From a bacterium (lineage in GTDB: Bacteria > SAR324 > JACQKK01): a DNA stretch of 37,782 nucleotides. Under the pieces are notes generated by a model. The model made no database searches, was not told where the DNA came from, and saw only the letters and a list, made by a program, of their open reading frames with translations. The stretch is taken from positions 1-37,782 of the forward strand of contig JBGOUY010000002.1 in assembly GCA_041477795.1 (NCBI GenBank), in the 5' to 3' direction. A program made the position numbers and the translations under genes. Shown piece by piece: positions 27,034-34,659 of this stretch (positions are counted from its first letter, which is position 1; the number at the start of each line of letters is the position of its first letter).

Positions 27034-28431
27034 ATGCCATTCCCCTCGTCGCTCGGTCGCACCCTTGCCGCGCTGGTCGCGTTCGTCGCGCTCCTCGCGC
27101 CGGCCACGCCTTCGTTGCGGGCGCAGCCGGCCGGCGCAGGAGCCGGTGCGGCGGGCGCCGGCAAGGGCGCTCCGGCCAAGGAGCTGATCGCGGTGCTGGA
27201 CTTCGACATCGTGGGCGGCAGCAAGGCCGAGGCCAGCGCCGTCACGGACCGGCTGCGCGAGGAGATGCTCAAGACCGGCCAGGTGACCCTGGTCGACCGC
27301 AGCCAGATCGAAGCCGTCCTCAACGAGCAGGCGCTGCAGCAGGCCTGCACGTCCTCCGAGTGCGCCGTGCAGGTGGGGCGCATCCTGGGCGTGCGGCGCA
27401 TGGTGGCCGGCAAGGTCACCAAGATCTCCGACACACTCTGGCAGATCTCCGCGCAGGTGGTGGACGTGGAGACGACCGAGACGCTGCGCGCCGAGACGGT
27501 GACGCACGAGGGGCGCTTTCTCGATCTGCTGCTTTCCGGCGTGAGCGAGCTGGCGGGCAAGCTGGCCGGCGCCGCCGTCATCCCCTCCGGCCCCGCCGCA
27601 CGCGGCCGCGCCGCCGTGCTGACCGAGCCCAGCGGGGCGGAGCTGATCCTGGACGGCCAGCCCATCCCGGAGAAGTCCGACGCGCTGCTGGATCAGCTCC
27701 CGGCCGGCTCCCATAGCATCGTCGCCACCCGGGGCAACCTGACGGCCACGCAGAACTTCACGGTCAATCCCGGCTCCCTCACGCGCGTGGAGCTCAAGCT
27801 GGTGCCCAAGCAGGCCAGCCTGCACGTCAACAGCACGCCGCTCAACGCCACCGTGCGGCTGGACGGGCGGGACATCGGGCGCACACCGCTCGTGCTGGAC
27901 GTGCGGCCCGGCGAGCACCGCCTGGAGGTTTCGCGCGAGGGCTACCTGACCGCCACGGGCAGCGTCGCCGTCACGCTGGATACGCCCACCACGGTGAGCG
28001 TGACGCTGGAGGAGAAGGACCTGGCCATGCACGACTACGACCGGCAGCGGACGTTGTGGAACTTCAACCGCTGGACCTCGCTCTACGGCGGCGGACTGAT
28101 GGTGGTGCTGGGGTACCTGGAAGCGCGCAAGGTCGCCGAATCCAACGCGCGCCAGGACACGCTGCAGGCCCAGGCCCAGGCCGCCAACAACGTGCAGACC
28201 CGCCAGTCGCTGGTGAACCAGATCGCCCTGGAGCGCGACCTGGGCCAGGCCTACAGCAACGCCTCGAAGGTCGGCTACATCACCGGCGCGGCGATGCTGG
28301 GACTCTACGCGTGGCTGCAGACGCACGAGCCCGAGCGCCCTCCGGTGGCCCGCGATTCCACGATCCGCGTCTCCGTGCTGCCCTTCGGCGCGGCGGGGGC
28401 GCCGGCCCTGGCCCTGCAATGGAGCTGGTAG
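27034..28431 (+). CDS. Exported protein with a CsgG/LpoB-like N-domain, two PEGA domains and a hydrophobic C-terminal region (465 aa)
   Basis: Signal peptide MPFPSSLGRTLAALVAFVALLAPATPSLRA. N-domain IAVLDFDIVGG...LVDRSQIEAVLNEQALQQ...VGRILGVRRMVAGKV. PEGA-like units (EPSGAELILDG; VRLDGRDIGRTPL...GEHRLEVSREGY). Two hydrophobic segments. The protein ends LALQWSW. Confidence 0.75.
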   Translation: MPFPSSLGRTLAALVAFVALLAPATPSLRAQPAGAGAGAAGAGKGAPAKELIAVLDFDIVGGSKAEASAVTDRLREEMLKTGQVTLVDRSQIEAVLNEQALQQACTSSECAVQVGRILGVRRMVAGKVTKISDTLWQISAQVVDVETTETLRAETVTHEGRFLDLLLSGVSELAGKLAGAAVIPSGPAARGRAAVLTEPSGAELILDGQPIPEKSDALLDQLPAGSHSIVATRGNLTATQNFTVNPGSLTRVELKLVPKQASLHVNSTPLNATVRLDGRDIGRTPLVLDVRPGEHRLEVSREGYLTATGSVAVTLDTPTTVSVTLEEKDLAMHDYDRQRTLWNFNRWTSLYGGGLMVVLGYLEARKVAESNARQDTLQAQAQAANNVQTRQSLVNQIALERDLGQAYSNASKVGYITGAAMLGLYAWLQTHEPERPPVARDSTIRVSVLPFGAAGAPALALQWSW

Positions 28432-30089
28432 CCGTGCGCGCGCGCACCTGGACGGCGTGGCTGCTCGGGGCCGCGAGCCTGGCGCTCGCCGTGGCTTGCG
28501 CGCCGGACGTGAAGGACAACACCAAGGGCGTCCCGCCCTGCAGCGGCTGCACCGACCTCACCCTCGCGCAGGTGCAGCAGCTCATCGTGACGCCGCTCAC
28601 GCCCACCTCGGTGCAACTGGACTGGACGCTGCCGACCGACCCGGCCTTCACTTCCGTCGTGATCCGCCGCAGCAGCACGGGCTACGTGACGAGCGCGAGC
28701 GACGGCACATTGGTCTGCGAGACCAGCGCCGACCCTCTCATCACGACGTGCCCGGACACGGGGCTGGACGTCGCAAGCGACACCTACTATTCCGCGCTGG
28801 CCTACTACGCCTCCCGCACCAATTACTCCTGGCCCAAGTTCGGCTTCCGGCGCATGCCCTGGACGGCGCTGATGCAGGGGCACTCCGGGCTGCACTCCCT
28901 CGCCGTCCGCGGGGGCCAGGTGACGTGGGGCTGGGGCTTTAACGGTTCCGGGCAGGCGGGGGACAACACGACCACCTCCTGGAGCGGCCCGGTGCGCGTG
29001 TGCGCTGCGGCGGCCTGCACGAGCTATCAGACCGGCATGACGGCGCTTTCCGTTGGGGGCGACCATTCGCTGGGCATTGCCGCCGACGGCAGCGCCTGGG
29101 CCTGGGGCAGCAACAGCGGCTATGGCATGCTCGGCGACGGCACGCTGCTCAACCGCAAGGCGCCCGTGCAGGTGTGCGCCCCCCACACGATCAGCGGCTG
29201 CAGCACCTTCCTCGGCGGCATCGTCTCCATCGCCGCTGGGTACCAACATTCCCTCGCCGCGGACAGCAACGGCCACGTCTGGGCCTGGGGCCAGAACAAT
29301 TCTTTCCAGCTCGGGGACGGCACCGCCTCCGCGCACACCGTGCCGAAGCAGGTCTGCGGCCTTGGCACCACGTGCACCGGGAACGACTTCCTGAGCGGGA
29401 TCGTCGCCGTGAGCGGGGGCGACGCCCATTCGCTGGCCCTGGACTCCACGGGCAACGTGTACGCCTGGGGCGACAAGACCTTCGGCCAGCTCGGCAATGG
29501 GGAGTTCACCCCGGGATTCAGCGAGGCGACGCCCGTTCAAGTTTGCGCGGCAGGCCAGGTCAAGCCGTGCAACTCCTTCATCACCAATATCAAGGCGATC
29601 GCCGCCGGCGGCAATTTCTCCGTGGCCCTGGACACCACGGGCACCGTGTGGACGTGGGGACGCAACGATGCCGGCCAACTCGGGGACGGCACCACCACGA
29701 ATCAGTTTGCCCCCGTTGAGGTCTGCGCGCCGGGACAGAATGCGCCTTGCGGGGCTTTCCTGACCGGAATCACGGCCATCGCGGCGGGATTCTCTTACGT
29801 CCTGGCGTTGGACAATGCGGGGTTCGTCTGGGCCTGGGGCAACAATACCTACGGCCAACTTGGCAACGGCACCCTTTCCGACAGCAAGGTGCCCGTGCAG
29901 GTGTGCGCACCCGGCACGAGCCTCGGCTGCACCACCTACCTCTCCAATGTCGCCCAGATCGGCGGCGGCCGCTACCACAGCCTGGCGATCCGGGGTGACG
30001 GCACCCTGTGGGGCTGGGGCGACAATGAGAACGGCGAGGTGGGGGACAACAGCGGTATCACCCGGAACATCCCCGTGCAGGTGCCCTAG
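28419..30089 (+). CDS. Exported FN3 + seven-blade RCC1-repeat (beta-propeller) protein (about 556 aa)
   Basis: The signal peptide ends LALAVAC (AxA or lipobox-like). An FN3-like segment follows (VQLDWTLP...VVIRRS). Seven RCC1 blades are marked by WGWG/WAWG...GQLGDG repeats. The gene overlaps the upstream gene by 13 nt. GTG 28434 with GGAG upstream is an alternative start. Confidence 0.8.
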   Translation: MELVAVRARTWTAWLLGAASLALAVACAPDVKDNTKGVPPCSGCTDLTLAQVQQLIVTPLTPTSVQLDWTLPTDPAFTSVVIRRSSTGYVTSASDGTLVCETSADPLITTCPDTGLDVASDTYYSALAYYASRTNYSWPKFGFRRMPWTALMQGHSGLHSLAVRGGQVTWGWGFNGSGQAGDNTTTSWSGPVRVCAAAACTSYQTGMTALSVGGDHSLGIAADGSAWAWGSNSGYGMLGDGTLLNRKAPVQVCAPHTISGCSTFLGGIVSIAAGYQHSLAADSNGHVWAWGQNNSFQLGDGTASAHTVPKQVCGLGTTCTGNDFLSGIVAVSGGDAHSLALDSTGNVYAWGDKTFGQLGNGEFTPGFSEATPVQVCAAGQVKPCNSFITNIKAIAAGGNFSVALDTTGTVWTWGRNDAGQLGDGTTTNQFAPVEVCAPGQNAPCGAFLTGITAIAAGFSYVLALDNAGFVWAWGNNTYGQLGNGTLSDSKVPVQVCAPGTSLGCTTYLSNVAQIGGGRYHSLAIRGDGTLWGWGDNENGEVGDNSGITRNIPVQVP

Positions 30090-30160
30090 CCGAGGGCCTT
30101 GGCTGCGCTGGACTTGCTGCCGCTTCTATGGTATACAAATGTATCCCTTCCGGGTCCTTG

Positions 30161-30202
30161 GCCGACTGCCGGGGCCGGCCGCCGGCTGCCCCGGCAGTCG
30201 GC
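30161..30202 (+). terminator. Terminator-like hairpin after the RCC1 gene (no U-tract)
   Basis: Perfect 14-bp stem GCCGACTGCCGGGG / CCCCGGCAGTCGGC with a 14-nt loop. It lies 72 nt after the stop. Confidence 0.35.
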
Positions 30203-30461
30203 GGCCGGCCCCACAGACGCGGCGCGTGGAAATTTCCAAACGAACCCAGGATGCCGCAAGGCCCTGAGCGGGCGGGGAATCCGGCATGCCAGGGCCGCGC
30301 GGCCGCCGCCTCCCCGGTGTGGGTGGGACGCGTCCATGCGGCCGGCCGCCGGCACCTCCGCGCCCGCTCGACAGGCCCGCCGATCTGGGCGATCCTGGGC
30401 CGATTGCCCGGCGGCCGGGGGAACGGCCCGCCGTGGCCTCGTCGCAGCGGTCGCCCCAGCG

Positions 30462-32432
30462 ATGCCCATGTCCAAGCCTTTCCTCGTCTCGCGCGAAGAC
30501 CGCTACCCGCTCAGCGCGGCGCAGTTGTGGGAGCTGGTGGGCAACACGGAGCACGTCAATCGCCTGATCGGGCTGCCGGACGTGACCTTCGGGCCTGCGC
30601 AGGACACGGCGCAAGGCCTGTACCGCCCCGCCTCCGCGCGCATGCTGGGTCTCCGCCGGACCTGGCGGGAATACCCCTTCGACTGGGTGCGCGACCGCAG
30701 CCACGCGGTGCTGCGCGTCTACGAGAACGGCCCCCTGCAGCGGCTCTGGCTGGGCGTGGAGCTGGCCGACGAGGCGCCGGGCTGCCGGCTGCGCCAGTTC
30801 GCCGAGGTCACGCCGCGGCGCCTGTGGCCGCTGGCCGGCTGGGTCTCGCGCCGCATCGTGCGCCAGCGCATGGAGGCGCTGCACCGCTTCTGCCTGCAGC
30901 AGGCGCTGCTGTGCAAGCAGAGCCCGGAGCAGCCCTTCCCGCGGGCCAGGCCGACCGGCGTGCGGCACAGCCGGCTGGCGGAGCTGGCGCAGCGCCTGCT
31001 GCGCACCTCCCCGGCCGATCCGGCGGTGGTGCAGCGCTTGCAGACGCTGCTGGCCGAAGGCTCCGACGAGGAGGTGCTGCACATGCGCCCCTTCGCCCTG
31101 GCGCGCCGCTGGGCCCTGGGGCGCGACCGGGTGCTGCGCACCTTCCTGCACGCCACCACGGTGGGGCTGCTGGAGCTGGACTGGGAGCTGATGTGCCCCA
31201 ACTGCCGCGTGCCCAAGGCCGGCTTCAAGACCTTTGGCACGGTGACCGACTCGTTCCACTGCGACCTGTGCGGCACGGACTACGCGGCCGATCTGGACCG
31301 CACCACCGAGCTGCGCTTCTCGGCGCACTCCAGCGTGCGGCACGCCGAGGACGCGGTCTATTGCATCGGCGGGCCGCACAACGCGCAGCACATCCTGCTG
31401 CAGCAGGGCCTGCGCCACGAGGATAGCCACGCCGTGCTGGCCACGCTGCCCGCGGAGCCGCTGCGCGTGCGCGTCCTGCGGCTCAACCGCATGCTCGAGC
31501 TGCTGCCCGACCCCGCCGGCCCCGACACGCTGGATCTGAACTTCGATGGGGAGCGCTGGCAAACTTCGGCCACGCACTTCCGCCCCGGGCCCGTGCGGCT
31601 CTCCTGGCAAAACCAGAGCGAGGCGGCCTGCACCGCCGTGATCGAGAAGGAGCAGTGGGACCCGGACGCGGCCACCGCCGCGCGCGTGATGGCGATCCCG
31701 GAGTTCCGCGCCCTGTTCAGCTCGGAGGTGCTGCAGCCCGGCCGGCAGATCGGCATCCGCAACCTGTGCGTGCTCTTCACCGACCTCAAGGGCTCCACCG
31801 CGCTCTACGAGAAGGTGGGCGATGCGCCCGCCTACGGGCGCGTGCACCGGCACTTCGACTTCCCGATCGACTGCTTCACGCGGCACGAAGGGGGTATCGT
31901 CAAGACCATCGGCGACGCAGTGATGGCCAGCTTCCCCTCCCCCGAGTGCGCCCTGCGCGCGGCGCTGGAGGTGCAGCAGCACGTCGCTGCGTTCAACGCG
32001 CGGCTCAACGTGAAAGAGCCCATCGTGATCAAGATCGGCCTGCACCACGGGCCGGCCATCGCGGTGAACGCCAACGGGCAGATGGACTACTTCGGGCGCA
32101 CCGTGAACATCGCCGCGCGCATCCAGGGCCTCAGCGAGGGCGGCGACGTCGTGCTCTCCGCGGCGCTCTGGAGCGAGCCCCGCATCCAGGAGGTGCTGCA
32201 GGGGGCGCCCTTCGCCATGGAGCGCTTCAGCGCGGAGCTGAAAGGCATCGCCGGCACCGTGCCCATGTGCCGCCTCACGCTGAGCGAACGGCCTCCGGTC
32301 GCGCCGGAGGCCGAGGCCGCGCGCCGGGCGGAATCGCCGGCAGCGGGCGGGGCGGCAGCGCCGGCAGCGGGCGCGGCCGCGTCGCACGGCGCCGCGGGGC
32401 CCAGCGCGACGCCGCGCGTGTTCCGCTATTGA
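30462..32432 (+). CDS. Class III adenylate/guanylate cyclase with a large N-terminal DUF5939-like sensor region containing a CxxC...CxxC element (about 656 aa)
   Basis: The cyclase core is CVLFTDLKGSTALYE, VKTIGDAVMASF, IKIGLHHGP, DYFGRTVNIAARI. The N-terminus has CPNCRV...CDLCG. The start is MPMSK or MSK (30462 or 30468). The C-terminal tail is Ala/Gly/Pro-rich. Confidence 0.8.
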   Translation: MPMSKPFLVSREDRYPLSAAQLWELVGNTEHVNRLIGLPDVTFGPAQDTAQGLYRPASARMLGLRRTWREYPFDWVRDRSHAVLRVYENGPLQRLWLGVELADEAPGCRLRQFAEVTPRRLWPLAGWVSRRIVRQRMEALHRFCLQQALLCKQSPEQPFPRARPTGVRHSRLAELAQRLLRTSPADPAVVQRLQTLLAEGSDEEVLHMRPFALARRWALGRDRVLRTFLHATTVGLLELDWELMCPNCRVPKAGFKTFGTVTDSFHCDLCGTDYAADLDRTTELRFSAHSSVRHAEDAVYCIGGPHNAQHILLQQGLRHEDSHAVLATLPAEPLRVRVLRLNRMLELLPDPAGPDTLDLNFDGERWQTSATHFRPGPVRLSWQNQSEAACTAVIEKEQWDPDAATAARVMAIPEFRALFSSEVLQPGRQIGIRNLCVLFTDLKGSTALYEKVGDAPAYGRVHRHFDFPIDCFTRHEGGIVKTIGDAVMASFPSPECALRAALEVQQHVAAFNARLNVKEPIVIKIGLHHGPAIAVNANGQMDYFGRTVNIAARIQGLSEGGDVVLSAALWSEPRIQEVLQGAPFAMERFSAELKGIAGTVPMCRLTLSERPPVAPEAEAARRAESPAAGGAAAPAAGAAASHGAAGPSATPRVFRY

Positions 32433-32465
32433 GCGAGACGCAAACCGGCGCGCGGCGCGAGACGC

Positions 32466-32780
32466 CTACAGCACGGCCTCGCTCACCTGAATCACCGGAT
32501 CGATGTCCGAGAAGTTGGGCAGATCCGCCATCAGCGGCGCGCCGCGTTCGCGGAAGGCCTGCTTGTAGCCGTCCATCGTTTCGAAGGTCAGGGTGCCCAC
32601 GCAGATGTAGTTGGGGGGCGACTTGGGCTTGCTCCCCACCAGGCCGCGGTCCACGCGGATGTCCACCAGCCCGTAGCCTGCGAAGGCGCGACGGGCCATG
32701 TCCATGTGCTGCTTGGCGTAATAGGCCACGTCGAAGCGGGCCCCCTCGCGGTGCGGGTACATCACGTAGACGCGAATCAT
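32466..32780 (-). CDS. EthD-family protein (104 aa)
   Basis: GGGAGG lies upstream of the ATG at 32780. MIRVYVMYPHREGARFDVAYYAKQHMDM...CVGTLTFETMDGYKQAF matches the TIGR02118/EthD-like pattern. Confidence 0.72.
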   Translation of the reverse strand: MIRVYVMYPHREGARFDVAYYAKQHMDMARRAFAGYGLVDIRVDRGLVGSKPKSPPNYICVGTLTFETMDGYKQAFRERGAPLMADLPNFSDIDPVIQVSEAVL

Positions 32781-33003
32781 TGGCGCCTCCCGGATCGGGT
32801 GCGGAAGCTGGCCGGCGGGCGGCCGGCGGGCGGCGGACGGTCGGATTAGGGGCATCCTGGCAGGGATGCGCCAGCGCGGCAAGCCGTGCGGCAAGCCGGC
32901 CGGGCGCACGGCACCGGCCGCGACGATTGACGGCGGGCTGCCCGCATCGCTACTGTGGCGGGTACCCCGGCGCAGCTCCGAATCCCCCCAGTCAGGAACC
33001 GCC

Positions 33004-34377
33004 ATGACCGAATCGCTCACTCCCGCGGCCCGGCAGGACATCGCCGCACATCTGCACCCCTACACGAACCTGGCGCGCCACGAGGAAGTGGGCCCGCTGG
33101 TGCTCACGCACGGCAAGGGCATCTACGTCTACGACGAGCAGGGGCAGGAATACATCGAGGGCATGGCCGGCCTGTGGTGCACGTCCCTGGGCTTCGGGGA
33201 GGAGGAGCTGGGGCAGGCGGCCGCGGAGCAGATGCGCAAGCTGCCCGCCTACCACACGTTCGCCCACAAATCGAACCCGACCGTGATCGAGCTGGCCGAG
33301 CGCCTCAAGGCGCTGGCGCCCGTGCCCATGTCCAAGGTGTTCTTCACCAATTCGGGCTCGGAGGCGAACGACACCGTGGTCAAGATGCTGTGGTACTACA
33401 ACAACGCGCGGGGACGGCCGCGGAAGAAGAAGATCATCTCGCGCATCAAGGGCTACCACGGCATCACGGTGGCCAGCGGCAGCCTGACCGGCCTGCCGCT
33501 CAACCATCGCGACTTCGACCTGCCCATCGCGGGCATCCTGCACACGGACTGCCCGCACCACTACCGCTTCGCCCAGCCGGGCGAGAGCGAGGAGGCCTTC
33601 GCCACGCGCATGGCCGGGAGTCTGGACGCGCTGATCCGCAAGGAAGGCGCGGACACGGTGGCGGCCTTCATCGCCGAGCCCGTGATGGGCGCCGGCGGCG
33701 TGATCATCCCGCCGCGCGGCTACTTCTCCAAGATCCAGGCCGTGCTGCGCAAGCACGACGTGCTGATGGTGGCCGACGAGGTGATCTGCGGCTTCGGGCG
33801 CACGGGCACCTTCTGGGGCAGCCAGACCTACGACATCCAGCCGGACATCATCACCAGCTCCAAGGCCATCACCTCGGGCTATCTGCCCCTGGCCGCAATC
33901 CTGATTTCCGACGAGGTGTACCAGGGACTGCGGGATGGCAGCCGCAAGATCGGCGTGTTCGCGCACGGCTTCACGCAGTCGGGCAATCCCACCTGCTGCG
34001 CGGTGGCGCTCAAGACGCTGGAGCTGATGGAGCGGCGCCAGCTCGTGCAGCACGTGCGCGAGGTGGGCCCGCGCCTGCAGGCGGGCCTGCGGGCGTTCGC
34101 GCAGCATCCCCTGGTGGGCGAGGTGCGCGGCGTGGGCCTGATGGGCGGCGTGGAGCTGGTGGCGGACAAGGCCAGCAAGCGCCCCTTCGATCCGGCCCAG
34201 CGCGTGAGCTATTATTGCACCGAGCGCGCCCAGGCGCACGGGCTGATCTTGCGGCCCATGCTGGACACCATCGGCTTCTGCCCGCCGCTCATCATCGAGG
34301 CCGGGCAGATCGACGAGCTGCTGGGGCGGTTCCGGCACGCCCTGGACGAGACCCTGGCCTGGGTGCAGAAGAGCTAG
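33004..34377 (+). CDS. Class III PLP-dependent aminotransferase (omega-amino acid/putrescine:pyruvate type), 457 aa
   Basis: FFTNSGSEANDT, GYHGITVASGSLTG, AAFIAEPVMGAGGVI, MVADEVICGFGRTG, SSKAITSGYLP (PLP lysine). Confidence 0.9.
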   Translation: MTESLTPAARQDIAAHLHPYTNLARHEEVGPLVLTHGKGIYVYDEQGQEYIEGMAGLWCTSLGFGEEELGQAAAEQMRKLPAYHTFAHKSNPTVIELAERLKALAPVPMSKVFFTNSGSEANDTVVKMLWYYNNARGRPRKKKIISRIKGYHGITVASGSLTGLPLNHRDFDLPIAGILHTDCPHHYRFAQPGESEEAFATRMAGSLDALIRKEGADTVAAFIAEPVMGAGGVIIPPRGYFSKIQAVLRKHDVLMVADEVICGFGRTGTFWGSQTYDIQPDIITSSKAITSGYLPLAAILISDEVYQGLRDGSRKIGVFAHGFTQSGNPTCCAVALKTLELMERRQLVQHVREVGPRLQAGLRAFAQHPLVGEVRGVGLMGGVELVADKASKRPFDPAQRVSYYCTERAQAHGLILRPMLDTIGFCPPLIIEAGQIDELLGRFRHALDETLAWVQKS

Positions 34378-34659
34378 GCGGCGGGGAGCGGGCCGCCGGC
34401 CGCGGCGGAGCCGTTTCCGCGCGGCGGGCGTTCGTCAAGGAGGCGCACCGGCGGCGCGGCGCTTGCACCGTGTTGCGGCAGGTGGCCGCGTCCGCAAGGC
34501 TGCGCGGGTTCGCCGTTGAGGAGCAGCGCTCGCTCCGGTAGAGACGGGAGCGGGCCGCCCGCCACACCGGCCGTTCCCCGCCGCGCGAGCCACTGGCCGC
34601 GGCACCTGCTGCGCGTCCCTCCGGCCGGCATCCCCCGGCGACCTGCTGACCTGCCGCCC

